From: the human T2T-CHM13v2.0 reference genome, Homo sapiens
NCBI RefSeq assembly: GCF_009914755.1
Contig: NC_060932.1
Reading direction: 5' to 3' (one strand)
DNA length: 64,000 nt
Shown: piece after piece, positions 1 to 16,682 of the stretch
How the letters are laid out: each line of letters starts with the position of its first letter
Position numbering within the stretch: position 1 is the stretch's first letter
The notes under the pieces: model-generated
Seen by the model: only the letters and a program-made list of their open reading frames with translations
Told to the model about the DNA's origin: nothing
Databases searched by the model: none
Translations under genes and position numbers: made by a program

Positions 1-862
1 TCGGAGCTGTCGTGGCTATCCCCACAGCAGACATCACGGAGGCTTCACCAAGGTCTGGCCCTCGCTGGGGAGGCTGAGACAGATGGCAGTGTTAGGAGGC
101 AAGGTGACAGAGAAAGCAGCTGGGGTTCTCTGCTGATCAGACAGCCAAGAACCAGAGGGAAGGTGAGACTAAGCAGATCGGGGCAGAATAGAAACTGGAT
201 CTGGGGAAGATGTACACACAGATGAAAACCTACTCATTGGGGTGCATGGTTATATTTGAATTGTGCATGGGTATGTATACATTTGATGTTACACGCATTG
301 GCTCAGACTTTCTTATTTGTCCCTGAGCACAGAGCTGAGCCGCCCTGCATGGAGGCTTAGGAGAGGGGTTCTGAAGCTCTCAGCAGCCTTGTCTCGTGGA
401 GCCACCCTTCTCCCTCGGGGGAATGCTACCTTCCTGGAAACTTAATATTGCTAATTCCATTGTCTGATTTCATATCATGATGTCACCAAGAAAACAGGAA
501 AACGGGAGCTGACTCAGGATGCTGATACAACCTGGACCTGAACCACACCTACCATGCTCTGGTGCTGAGATAGCCCTCAGAGTTGCCCCAGATGGAGGCA
601 AGGGGCCAGGCCTCTGTATTCCTGTATCAGCCGGTCACTGTCAAACCAACCCCTGAGAGGGATGTGAGGGAACAGCCTTGGAAGAAACAGTTCCCCATTG
701 CCAAGAGCAAATCCCAGCTCTGAGCCACTTGCAACCAATATTCCCAGGAGCCTGGGGATGGGTGCATCAAGCCCACAAACAGAATCTGGTGGAATGCCAC
801 AGTAGCCACTGCAGTTGGCCACCATCTTGGCTAAACTTCCTATGTTAAGAATGACAACTTTG

Positions 863-1215
<353 letters not shown>

Positions 1216-1577
1216 TCAGCCTAGACTTTTACCTCAGGGTCAAAAAGTCTTCCAATTAGGCATCACAGAAGATTCCCTAGAAGTGGCTTGATTGATCACA
1301 TGAGGTTTCCCTCTGAGCTCAGTTGACTTCCTGATTCGCTAGAGCTACAGGGACAGGAGCACAGATAACCCCAATTTCCAAAAACATTTTCTGTTACAAA
1401 TAATCCAAAATACAGGTTGTACTTCCGTAGCCACTATTCCTGGATTTGGTTGTACCTCCCGGAGCAAAGGGACAAACCCAGCAATTTGCCCCAGGCCAAG
1501 AACACTCCGTTCCTCTCGTTTCCCTAAATCTGAAGGCACTAGTAAAATAAAATAAAATAAAACAACCATACTCCTAG

Positions 1578-1951
<374 letters not shown>

Positions 1952-2949
1952 CCCACACCTACCCTTTATCCTTGCTCCTACAGTCCATGCTGGAACAAAG
2001 GCTGCAGGGCCCTGTCACTGTGCTCATGAAACCCCAAACCTGCACGCTCACCAGGCCTCCAGGAGTCTCCTGCTGCCCTAAATCAGAGCTTCTCGCAGTG
2101 CAATCTGAGGGCTTTGGGGTCTGACATGGGAGGAAATACATTCCCTATCCTGGATTTTTGCAGAGCAGCTGTTTTGGTGTTTGTCTTGCTGTTGGTTGTT
2201 AATCTGTTTCACATACTGGTCTGTATGTGAAACATAAAATGTTTACTGAAGAAAGGTCAAGAAAATACATTTGAGAACTGTTCCTCTTATTCAATATTCA
2301 AGTGATCACCATCCACATCGCATCGACCTCTGTTTCAGTAACTGGGCTTCCTTTCTATGGGCACAAGCTCATCTCTCTGATACTTGCTAATCACCCATTT
2401 TAACGCATTTAGACACTGCAAAGCCTCAGCAGTGTCTAGCCGGATTGCGTGGCTGTTTTTTTCATTGCATTCCTTTTACAGTTGCTTTCTAGCATGGCAA
2501 GCAGTATTTGCTCCCCATCAACATTTATGCCATAGTCTTCATTTCAAATAAATATATTTCAGATGTTTAAGTGAAGGAATTTAAAGAAAGCTATTAAGTA
2601 AATAATAGAGCAGGCTCACAGTTATAGCAAAAACCATGCAGGTGGTAGAGATGAATGCCATCCTCAGTGGAGGAGTTACTTCCTGCTGGGTGTTCCATCT
2701 GCGGTCCATCATCCAAGGACGCACTGTGACAGTTCTCCACCTGTTGTGCATAAGAACCAGAGACTTTAGTTCAACACGTTGGAAGTGAGGACCAGGAATC
2801 TGCATTCTTAACAGGTGCCTCTGGTTATTCTGATACTTGATTATCCTCTTCCCAGAATATCAATTCCCCAAGTCCACCAGACCAAGAGCTCCTTAAAAGC
2901 AAAGACCATGCCTTCCTCATACTTAGCTGCAGAATTTACACATGGCAGC

Positions 2950-3765
2950 TGTGTTAGCCTGTTTTCACGCTGCTGATAAAGACATGCCCAAGACTGGGTA
3001 ATTTCTTTTTTTTATTATTATTATACTTTAAGTTCTAGGGTACATGTCCACAAGGTGCAGGTTTGTTACATAGGTACACATGTGCCATGTTAGTGTGCTG
3101 CACCCATTAACTCATCATTTACATTAGGTATGTCTCCTAATGCTATCCCTCCCCGCTCCCGCCACCCCACGACAGGCCCCGATGTGTGATGTTCCCCTTC
3201 CTGTGTCCAAGTGTTCTCATTGTTCAATTCCCACCTATGAGTGAGAACACGCAGTGTTTGGTTTTTTGTCCCTGCGATAGTTTGCTGAGAATGATGGTTT
3301 CCACCTTCATCCATGTCCCTACAAAGGACATGATCTCATCCTTTTTTATGGCTGCATAGTATTCCATGGTGTATATATTGCAGCACTATTCACAATAGCA
3401 AAGACTTGGAACCAACCCAAATGTCCATCCATGATAGACTGGATTAAGACTGGGTAATTTCTAAAGAAAAAGAGGTTTAATGGACTCACAGTTCCATGTG
3501 GCTGAGGAGGCCTCACAATCATAGCAGAAGGCAAAAGGCACATCTTACATGGCAGCAGGCGAGAGAGAGTGACAACCAAGCAAAGGGGTTTCCCCTTATA
3601 AAGCCATCAGATCTCGTGAGACTTATTCACTACCATGAGAACAATATGGGGGAACTGCCCCCATGATTCAATTATCTCCCACCGGGTCCCTCCCACAACA
3701 CTTGGGGATTATGGGAGCCATAATTCATGATGAGATTTGGGTAGGGACACAGCCAAACCATATCA
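2950..3765 (-). mobile_element. THE1 solo LTR (ERVL-MaLR) interrupted by an L1
   Basis: Ends are TGTGTTAGCC... and ...GGGACACAGCCAAACCATATCA; 5-bp TSD GCAGC/GCAGT. Confidence 0.9.
3007..3445 (-). mobile_element. 5'-inverted, truncated L1PA
   Basis: L1PA 3' end on the minus strand (3007 to about 3377), inverted segment about 3377-3445, and a 17-bp TSD AAGACTGGGTAATTTCT at 2990-3006 and 3446-3462. Confidence 0.93.
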
Positions 3766-4499
3766 GCAGTCCTCAAATAAATATTTATGAAATACAGTCA
3801 GGCAGGTAAGACAGAATTTACACGAATTGCAAATGTGAAGCTGGGAAAGGTCTTTCCAGTTTGCAAACAGAAAGTGAAACTCAAAGAGGTTAAATTCCTT
3901 GGGTATGGCCCTTGGCTGGTAAAAGGCAGAGCTGGAACTGAGGCTAAATATCTGAGCTGCAGGCCAGCATTCTTTCCCTTACGGTCCTAGAGCACTGCTT
4001 CTTGAGTCAGTGATCCTCCTAGGTTGGAGATGGAGTTGACAGGACCTTAGAAGATCATGGGGACATATTCAGTTAGCTTGGTCCACTCTATTCTACAGCA
4101 TAATTTTAGCACTGAATTTTGCATAAGTATAAGGGAGATAAAGTGAGGCCCCCTAGAGAGGTCTGCATGACTGGAGGATAAAGAACAAGCAAATCTACTC
4201 TAATGGGTCAGTAGCAAATTCAAAAAAGCATGTACCAGGCACTGAACGCACCCTGGAACCAAATGAATGCAATACCTTAGTAACGTAAAGAAGCTGCATC
4301 CCTCCCCAGCTTAGAAAACGTGAGAACCTGTGTAGCCATCTTTATCCCCACCGATGTCCTGAGTTATTGCTGTAATTGCAGGGCCTCATAAAACACATCC
4401 CCAGGAGACAGCACAGTGCAGTAGTGAACATGTAGGCTCTAGAGCCAGATGCCTGGGTTCAAATCCTGACTCTGATTCTCACTATCTCAATAATCTTAG

Positions 4500-4800
<301 letters not shown>

Positions 4801-7008
4801 AATCTTAATCAGTTTACTTAGCATTCTCTTTACCTCCATTCTCTCAAGTGTAAAAGTGGGTAAATAGGAGTTCCTACTTCATAAAGTTGTTCCTACATCA
4901 AGGGTCAGAACAGTGCCACCTAACATGCAGTAGGCATTTGGTCAGTGTTAGCAACTATAATCACCAATCAATCAATAATCAGCAATCAAGCACCTATGTT
5001 AGGCACCATGAGAGATACAGAGCTGCCCTATAGGTACATGCAGTCTGAAGGAGGAGGTGCAAAGTCTACAAAAAATTACTGTAATTCAAGGGGAGACAGT
5101 AAGCATCCTAAGGTTGTGCATATAAACAGTTACCATGTAGGAGCATCTACTTTGAGGTAGATAGTCTAGGCATTCCCATTTGATAAGCCAAAGAACTAAG
5201 GCATAGTATGGTTACTTTACTTACCCACAATCACACAGATACTGAGTAGCACAGCCAGGCTTTGAAGATGGGCTTCTCTTACTGCAAAGCCTGTCCTCTT
5301 AACCGCAGTACAGGATACACATTGCCTGATAACATGCTATATGGTCAGTGCAGCTGTGACAGGTTCTAAATAAACTCCATCAATAGACCAACACTCCTCA
5401 GTGGTGACCTCACCAAACCCAATAAATCTCCAATGATGTGCTAAAAAATTAGTAATTCAATTAACTACTTAATTAGCTAGCAGATACGCTAATGCATTAA
5501 GAAGCCCATAATACCTAATTATACCTATTAGTACCAGCCTAATACTAATACCATTAGGCTGAGATTGGCCCAATGCATTCCTTGGTACCTAGAACAATGC
5601 CTGGTACATAGTATAGTATGCATTCAATAAATATCTGTTGACTAAACTTACTCCTGGTTTATGCTCATTTTTATGTTCAAATGTCTTTAACATTTTTATT
5701 ATTAGAGTTAGTATTTTGTGTGTAATTAGGTGCCAGACCTTATAAGGACTACAAGCTTCCTAATATTAACACAACATCTGCCCTTTCCTAATTCTTCCAT
5801 CAATTGATGAAAAACCAAGGATCAAAAGAAAAGTTTATATCTTGTGCAACTCTACCAGAAGCCTAAGAAAACACCTAGTCCAGGCAAGAACAAGGCAGAG
5901 ACCCTTGGACGGGGCAGGGGCAGGGGCAGGGCCAGAGAGAAGGCTGATGGACTCTGAAAAGAACAAAACTTCCACAGCAAATAACATTTCAGCAGCCTAA
6001 TTAAGAAAAGTGGACCGGGAATTAGAGATGGAGCCATCTGCCAAAAGATAAATTAGAACAGGTATGAAACCACTGACCCACTTTTCGTGTGCTATGATGT
6101 TTAGTAAGCACAGCCACAGTGCAACTTATGTTCCTATCAGCTGGTACGCAGAGAGAAGAAACCATAATAACAAACCATGCTCTAAAATGTGTTCTGGTCT
6201 CTTCTACCTTGCAAGGATGTATCTAGTCTCTGCACAACATGAACAGTCAGAATCCTGGCAGGAAATGGATGACAGTGCAAGCCGGGTAAAAGAGGGGAGA
6301 TAGCAAGAGATTATTCACAGAGGCGGCAGCAAGACTAGAAGAAACTAACAAGGGATGGTGCAGTACCCCGGGGCTAGTAACATGGAGGGTGCCTTACCAC
6401 TCCAGGATCCAAAGGCACAAGGGATGGTCTTGGTGTCCAGAACCTGGAGAGAGTAGCTGTGTGGGGAGGGGCTCCTTAATAGGAGCTGTGACCTTTGGTT
6501 CTTGGGCATGGGGTGCAGCAATACAGCGAGGATAAGCCAGAGGAATAAACACCCTGCTACATTCCTCCTGGTGGTGCCTCCTGTGGGCCAGACCTAACCA
6601 GAAGCCAGAGGCCAGGGTGACCCAGAAGCACAAAGCAAGGTCAAAGATGGAGCATGGTTTAGGGTGGGGGCAGGTGTAGATGTGACATGGGTCTTGGTGT
6701 TCACGCACCTCCCAGGTATGTTCTCACCTTCTCCGTCCTACTTTCTCCTTATATAAATCACAACAAGGAGAGACCCCATGATCTCTGGCTTCTAGTTGGG
6801 TTTAGCCAATGGCAAAAATGAGAATGTGATCACGGTGTTGATTTTTCTGTTGTCTCTAGCTGCCGGTGCCCCTCCATGGAGAGAGGCTGACTACATAACT
6901 GTTTATTGAGGTTATGTACCTCTCCCTACCCTAGTCCCTTCCAAGTATCACATGATGTCTTTTACACGGTATATTAGTCTGTTTTCACACTGCTATAAAG
7001 AACTTCCT

Positions 7009-7238
7009 GCCTGGTCAACATGGTGAAACCCCATTTCCACTAAAAATACAAAAAATTAGCAGGGAGTAGTGGTGGGCGTCAGTAATCCCAGCTACTTGGG
7101 AGGTTGAGGCAGGAGAATCGCTTGAATCCGGGAGGCAGAGGTTGCAGTGAGTTGAGCTGAGATCATGCCACTGCACTCCAGCCCAGGCGACAGAGTGAGA
7201 TGCCATCACACACACATACACACACACACACAAAAAAA
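7009..7238 (+). mobile_element. 5'-truncated AluS with (CA)n tail
   Basis: Alu sequence begins at GCCTGGTCAACATGG. Confidence 0.9.
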
Positions 7239-7252
7239 GGAAGTTCCCTGAG

Positions 7253-7621
7253 TGATATGGTTTGGCTGGGTCCCCACTCAAATCTCATCTTGAATTCCCA
7301 CATGTTGTGGGAGGGACTTAGTGGGAAGTAATTGAATCATGGGAATGGGTCTTTCTTATGCTGTTCTCATGATAGTGAATAAGCCTCATGAGATCTGATG
7401 GTTTTATAAACAGGAGTTCCCCTGCATAAGCTCTCTCTCTCTCTCTCTCTCTTTGCCTGCAGCCATCCACGTAAGATATGACTTGCTCCTCCTTGCCTTC
7501 TGCCATAATTGTGAGGCCTCCTCAGCCATGTGGAATTGTTAAGTTTATGTAACCTCTTTCTTTTGTAAACTGCCCAGTCTTGGGTATGTCTTTATAAGCA
7601 GTGTGAAAATGGACTAATACA
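7253..7621 (+). mobile_element. THE1 solo LTR
   Basis: TGATATGGTTTGGCT...GGACTAATACA with a perfect CTGAG TSD (7248-7252 and 7622-7626). Confidence 0.93.
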
Positions 7622-8639
7622 CTGAGACTGGGTAATTTATAAACAAAAGGGGTTGAATTCACTTACTCACAGTTCCACATGGCTGAGGAGGCCTCAGGAA
7701 ACTTACAAGCATAACGGAGGGGGAAGCAGGCACCTTCTCCATAAGGTGGCAGGAGGAGAAAGTGAGCAGGGCAAACTGCCCCTTATAAAATCATCAGATC
7801 TTGTGAGAACTCACTCACTATCATGAGAACAGCATATGAGAAACTGCCCCCATGATCCAATCACTTCCCACCAGATTCCTCCCAGAATACGTGAGGATTG
7901 CATTTTGGATTACAATTCAAGATAAGATTTGAGTGGGGAAACAGCTAAAGCATATCACAAGGCGATATTTTTCTGCAATAATACATTCTGATTTTCATAT
8001 ATCTTCCATTTTCAATGGAAGTTAGTGAGAAGCTAGAATTTATTTACCAGAACTCCATTTTTACATTTTACAAACCCTGTTGGAATACATACTTTCCAGT
8101 ACCTAAATGATACCTGGGAAGGAGGAGAGTTCACAGTAATACATGTTTATGATATTATACAAATGGGGAAAGATGTGAGCCAGAGAGAGAGCTTCCTTTC
8201 TCCAAGAAAGGAACTCTGCCATGGGCTGGCTCCTGACTTAAAGCGTAAGTAAATGTTACCCAGTACAAACGGTAAAAGCAAACTGGTCATCAAGCTTAAC
8301 TATTCAGTAAATACGGATAGAGGGAAAGTCAATCCAAACAGGATTGAAATCTTATTGTTCTTTCCCACCTTAAAAAAGAAAATTTGCATGGCTCCCAATT
8401 GCACATTGGATGAAACAAAGTCTTAAGCATAAGCTCCAAAGTCCTCTGAGATCTGAGTCCAACCTGCTCTTTCTTCTTCCCTTGCTCTCCAAATGAATAT
8501 CCTAAACCCCAGCTACCTGGACCACTACAGCACTGTTCCCTGTCGGTATCCTGGGCTTTACCTCTCTGTGGTCATGTAGTCCCCCTCCCTTAAATTATGC
8601 TTTCATCTTTGGCTGTCCAATTCCTACTTGACATCCAAA

Positions 8640-9135
8640 GACTTGTACAAAAATTTTCACAGCAGCTCAGTTTTTAATAGTCACAACCTGGAAACAACCC
8701 AAATGTTTATCAGTGGATGCATGGATAAATCATGGCACATCCACACGATGGAATTCTGCTCAGCAACAAGAATACACTTTTGATACGTGCAATAACATGG
8801 ATGAAATCCAAAATCATGATGAGTGGAAGAAGTCGGATAAAAAAGAGTATAGACTGTATAATTCTGGGACCATACAACTCTAAAAAAATGTCAACTAATT
8901 TATGATGGCAGAAAGGAGCTCAGTTGTTGCCTGGAGATATCAGTAGAGAAAAGGATGGACTTCCAAGGGACTCAAAGACTCTTCTGGGGGGAGATGAAAA
9001 TATATGTTATTCTGATTGTGATCATGATTTCAATGGTGTACACAAATTCCAAAACTGATAAAATCAAACACTTTAAATATGTGTGGTTTATCGTTTACCA
9101 ATTATACCCCAATAAAGGTGTAAAAAAAATTATAA
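8640..9135 (+). mobile_element. Old L1M 3' end
   Basis: CTGGAAACAACCCAAATG...CAATTATACCCCAATAAAG. Confidence 0.75.
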
Positions 9136-9404
9136 ACAAAGTTAAACCACAAACTGCAAAAACCACTGCAGCGAACCAATAAAGGGGTATTATCTACAAG
9201 GTAATGAGGGCCCCAACAAATCAATTAAAAATACAGATGAAGCAATGGAAAATGGGTATAGAGCACATGCTCGAAAAAAACTGTTCTGTCTCAACAAAAT
9301 GTAAAAATTCACCTTATTTACCGATGGCTTTGAAGGAACAGCAATAACTGTAAGGATCACCGGTGAGAATGTGGTCCTTCAGGTGGGAAGAGCACCCCTC
9401 ACAG

Positions 9405-9684
9405 AGCATCCTAACCACACCTCCATCATCCTAATCACACCTCCATCATCCTAACCAGACCCCCAGCGTCCTAACCAGACCCCCATCATCCTAACCACAC
9501 CCCACATCCTAACCACACCTCCATCATCCTAATCACACCTCCATCATCCTAATCATACACCCAGCATCCTAACCACACCCTCAGCATCCTAATCACACCC
9601 CCAGCATCCTAACCACACCCCCAGCATCCTAATCACATGCCCAGCATCCTGGCCACACCCCCAACCCTTCTAACTCATCCCTCC
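9405..9684. repeat. 20-bp minisatellite, consensus CATCCTAA(C/T)CACACCCCCA(G/T), about 13-14 copies
   Basis: Units counted directly from 9407; one unit is 18 bp. Confidence 0.95.
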
Positions 9685-9828
9685 AAGCTCACCATCCTAG
9701 GTGCTACCTGGCCTGTCAGATCATCAAATTCCATATGTGAAACAGAAGTCCCACCCCACATGTACATATGTCCTTGAACTGTATTTTTTCAGTCCAGTCG
9801 TTTACTAACTTTCCATTTTGTTGAGTTG

Positions 9829-10166
<338 letters not shown>

Positions 10167-10348
10167 TCATTTACAGTTCCATTACTCAAACCCAATGCAG
10201 AGAAGGGATTATTATAACCCTCAGGCCAGGATAGAGCTCCACCGAGGTTTGGACCACAGTGTGCATTGCTATGGTGAAGGCATACCTATCCTCCCCGCTG
10301 TGGAAACACAAACTCCTTGAGGCCACAAGGGCATCTGTTCCTGCCTAG

Positions 10349-10792
<444 letters not shown>

Positions 10793-10899
10793 GAACATTT
10801 TTCTTATTCAAGTTTCACAAGAACCCGGATCTGGTATCACAGTTAATGTTATTATCACCCGTATTTCGAATTTGATGACTGCAAAGACTTGCAGTTGAG

Positions 10900-11260
10900 T
10901 GACTGTCCCCGAGGTTGTCCGGTTCATCGGGAAGGGGACCTGAGCCTCCCGCCTCCTGCCTCCATGTGCATCGTTTTCGCCAGAGCCCCGACCACTTTTG
11001 GAAACCAGAGCTGCAGGCGAGTGCCGCTTTGTGGAGGGAGCTGAGGCGAGGCGAGGAGAGGCGTGCCGGGGTGGGCGCGGCCGGATGCAGGGCTGCAGGG
11101 TTCCTTCTCCCTCTTCCGTCCCCCTCTGCCTGACGGTTCCACTCCGCCCGCCCGCAGCGGACTGAAACTGACAGGCCCTCGGGCGAACTGGAGCAGAGGC
11201 GGGAGGGGGCGGGGACAGGAGGCGGAGCCCGCCTGGAAAAATCCCAGGTGGCCGTGGAAG
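10900..11260. promoter_or_regulatory. Small orphan CpG-rich element with GC box and ETS-like motifs
   Basis: Local CpG cluster in CpG-poor surroundings; GGGGGCGGGG near 11204; CCGGATG at 11081. Confidence 0.5.
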
Positions 11261-11656
11261 GAATAAGGGGGAAACAGGAACATCTATAGGAAAAGAGACA
11301 TTATGTGCACATTTTGTGTCTCCTTGGCTCTCCACCTTTTCTCCCTTTAAGCCTTTATTAAAGGGAAAAAAATGAACAGATAAATAGTTCGTTTATTAAT
11401 TATTAACAAACAAGTGGCACTAATGAATAGCATCATTAAAGGGCATTTTGTGAATATTAATGTGTAGATATATTCTAAATAAGGTCAGCCAAGGTCTTTC
11501 CCATTCTTGTTCAAAAGTCATCTATCTTAATTACACCCCGTCCCCTAGCCCCACAATCACAACCCCGATTCGGCATTTCCTGTAGTCCTTAATCACATAG
11601 GACAGTATTAACACATGATTTTGACATTTATTTTCATTGTCTGTCTCTGTGCACTA

Positions 11657-12075
<419 letters not shown>

Positions 12076-13133
12076 AAAAATAAAATAACACTATAAGTGA
12101 CAGTGAGAGGGGTTCCCTCCATATGCCACCACCCACGTCCGGTATTCTTCCTTTCTATCATCAAGGGCTTGCGAGAGAGGCGAAGGGAACCTCGCCTCAG
12201 CCATGAGCTATGTCCTTCCCTCTGAGCAGGCTCTGGAATTCTCCACTGCAGAGCTCCTGGCTGCTACCCCCTGGCTCTCTGATGCCTTGGGCAGCATCCT
12301 CCCATGCAGACACATAGTCAGTTTCACAGTGGAAACAGCCCAGTGCTCTTATTTTACAGGACCTGGTGAGACAGAGTGGCCTTCCCAAGGGTACACAGTG
12401 AGCTCCTGAGTTCCTCTCTCCCTCTCTACCAGTGCACAGACACTTTGTCGGTCGGTGGACAATGGCCTGGCCCTTGGCAAATGCTGGAAGGTGGAAGCTG
12501 TATTGAGGTCTGGCAGCCTCCGCTGTCTGTGTTCTCTTCTCCTCTCACCCCAGTGCTGGTCTTTCCTCTTTCAGCCTTCCCAGAGCCATGATGTACTCAG
12601 TGATTCATCAGTGATTGCATTTGTCCAAGCAGACAAAACCCTTATTTGACTCCAGACTCCAGGGGAGGAGGCGCTGGCATAGAATTGCAGTCATCAGGGA
12701 GCTAAGTAGAAAGATATTTTGCAGAGGAGGATCATCTCATCCAAACTCTAATACGTGCTTTTTCTAAAGAGCTTCCAACTTTTTAAACCCACAGGACAGA
12801 GCAGAGTCCAAAGCCAGCGAGAGGAAACGACTGGCCCAGGATCTCTCTGGGAGTCAGGGCTGTAGGAATCCAGGTATTCTGATTCCCAGTTCTCCATCTA
12901 CAGATTTTCTCTTCCCTCAATTATCAATATATCTTGAGCAGAGAAGAGCCGCATAAACAAGGAAAATTTCCGTCAGGTTTTGCCTGGATCTTTCTAGCTC
13001 GAAGTAAGCCTGACATATGGATGCTTATTCTCACTCCTACCTCGAACCTCATCATCAGAGGCTGCCAGAGTGAACTTACAGCAAGAGATAAAAAAAAAAA
13101 AAAAAAAAAAAAACAGTCTTTAAAACAGGCCAG

Positions 13134-13565
<432 letters not shown>

Positions 13566-13940
13566 CTATGTGTTGAGCATCTAATATGTGCCAAGCACTT
13601 CCAAGTATCCATCCTCTGGCATAATCTACACAACAATCCTGCAACATCGGCTCAGAGACCACAAAGCCAGGAAGGATCAAAGCTGGCATTTACACTGAGC
13701 ACTGCGTGACACCAGAGCCCACGTTTTTTGCTCCTTAAAATCTTAGCTGCAGTGGGCAATGTCAAAATGGAGAAAAAGGCCTTCAGGGAGATGACCCTCT
13801 TGTTCCTCAGAGGCTGCCAACTCCAAAGGAGTCCCTTCCATCCCACATTTCTGGGTTAGGTTTTCCACAGCTTCTGTTGCCATGGTATTAGGGGCTCTTA
13901 TCACCATTTGAAAGCCCAGAAGAGGAAAATAAGAGGTTCA

Positions 13941-14277
<337 letters not shown>

Positions 14278-14667
14278 AGCTGACCCCGACCAGTTCTTTT
14301 AAAAGATCAACTCGATCTGGTCTTTGAATGAGGATTAGAAATTAGAGACAGATGATGGCATTTGCAGGCCTCGAAGTTATTCAGCTTCTTGCTCTAAGAA
14401 GTTCTGTTTACTTTTCAGACATGATCTCATTCTCCTCCCCAGGATCATAGTGGGAGAGCAGAGAGGGGACAGGGACAGTTCTCTGTAGGGTCAGACAAGG
14501 AGTGAGGCTGATGCCTCCACCCCTGTGGCAGAACCTGCTCCCTCTCTTCTCTTCTCCTGCCTGGCGTGAAAGCTAAGGCTATCACACCACTGGCACTGTT
14601 ACAGGTAAGTTGGAATTTACATGAGAGCCATGGTTTGCCCCATCAAGTTTAAAAGATCAAGAAAAAG

Positions 14668-15021
<354 letters not shown>

Positions 15022-15240
15022 CTAAGTTTATCCTCCTACCCAACACCCACCTGGCATCTTCCACAGGGGCAAACAGTAGCCCACAGAGATGAAGCGAATG
15101 GAAGGGAAGGAGTTTCTGTTCAAAACAGCCTCTAGGTATCATGTCCCCCTTTCCTGCTCCAGTGAGGAACATTTTCCATGCCCCTTATAAGATGCTCAGC
15201 GTATGCTTTGTTTCATCATTCTCTCATTTGATTTTCTCCA

Positions 15241-15622
15241 TACTGTGGTCTGTGTCCCTCCAAAACTTCTGTTGAAATCGTAACCCCCACGGTGATGGCA
15301 TTAGTAGGTGGGGTCTTTGGGAGGTGATTAGGTCACGAGGGTGGAGTCTTCAGAGTGGGATTAGTGTCCTTATAAAGGAAACTACAGAGAGCTCATTCAC
15401 CCCTTTTGCCAGTAGGGATACAGCAAGAAGAATTTGCCATCCATGAGCCAGAAAATGGGCCCTCACCAGACACCAAATCTATCTTGAGCTTGGACTTCAC
15501 AGCCTCCAGAACTGTGAGAAATAAATTTCTGCTGTTCTTCAGCTAAGCTGCTTATGGTCTGTTCGTCAATTTCCCCATCTGTCACATCTCCATTGGTTAC
15601 AGCCGCCCAAATGGACTAAGAC
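15241..15622 (+). mobile_element. MLT1A/MST-like MaLR LTR
   Basis: GGAGGTGATTAGGTCACGAGGGTGGAG...CAGCCTCCAGAACTGTGAGAAATAAATTTCTG...GGACTAAGAC. Confidence 0.85.
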
Positions 15623-16364
15623 CCTGTGTGACGCTGCTTGCTCTTAGCACAATGATACAGTGAAAAGAAAACGCCCTTTGGAATCAGACAGACTTGGGTT
15701 TAAAGCTCAGCTCTCCTTGCATTGAATAGCTGTGTGATTTTAGCAAGTTATTTAATATTTCCTCAAACTCAGGGCTGAGAACAGTCTGGACAGGCCCATT
15801 TTAAATCCAACACTCTCTGGTTCTCTGTCCTAGATTACTTAAAATAAGGTACTGGAGGACTCCGACTCTTTGCTTTGTGTGTTGATATTCTAGTACTTGT
15901 ATTTCAAATGTTTTTAACATTCAGCTTTGAATTCCATGTCTCAAATTTACCACGTTTTTATACTTAGAAACTGCGGTTTACATCACATTGACCAGTTCTC
16001 AATACAGAGGGATCTGTTGGGAGTTCTGAAACAGAGACACGTACCAATTTCCAACTTGGCCAGACCACTCAAAGATGAAAGGAGAAGAGACAGAGCTCTT
16101 GCTTATGGAGCACGCTTTTTAGTAATCAGCTTCCCATTTTGTAGGTAAGGCCAAGGATGTCAAACGGTGTTTGTTTAGGCATCTGTGAATTAGCACTCCC
16201 AGCTCTTAGCCCAAACTGCAGAGGAAAATTCATTTGGAATTTCCAGTAGTCCCAGCCTTTGGCAGCATATAAATTAAAAAGAAAGAAATGGCCTGGGGGT
16301 GCAATTCTAGAACATCCTAGCACAATCAGTACACTCAAAAATTGAGCACATTAGACACTATTTA

Positions 16365-16682
16365 TTTATTTATTCATTTATTTATTTACTTATTATTTTT
16401 TGAGACAGAGTCTTGCTCTGTCGCCCAGGCTGGAGGGAGGGGCACGATCTCAGCTCACCGCAACCTCTGCCTCCCAGGTTCAAGTGATTCTCCTGCCTTA
16501 GCCTCCTGAGTAGCTGGGATTACAGGCATGCGCCACAACGCCCAGCTAATTTTTGTATTTTAAGTAGAGATGGGGCTCCACCATGTTGGCCAGGCTGGTT
16601 TCAAACTCCTGACATCAGGTGATCCATCCACCTCGGCCTCCCAAAGTGCTGGGATTACAGGCATAAGCCACCGCACCCAGCC
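16365..16682 (-). mobile_element. AluS
   Basis: TSD TAGACACTATTTA. Confidence 0.94.

Larger units (their letters stand above)
6970..7957 (-). mobile_element. MSTA/THE1D-like LTR containing a truncated Alu and a THE1 LTR
   Basis: Ends are TATATTAGTCTG and AAAGCATATCA; TSD CACGG/CAAGG. Confidence 0.85.

Noticed and set aside
549-570. RE1-like GGTGCTGA
   Set aside because: Half-site only, with no GCTGTCC at canonical spacing.
5911-5931. G4 motif GGGGCAGGGGCAGGGGCAGGG
   Set aside because: The motif is real but isolated, with no context suggesting function.
9405-9684. CRISPR-like array or interstitial telomere
   Set aside because: There are no unique spacers and no tandem TTAGGG; it is a plain minisatellite in primate DNA.
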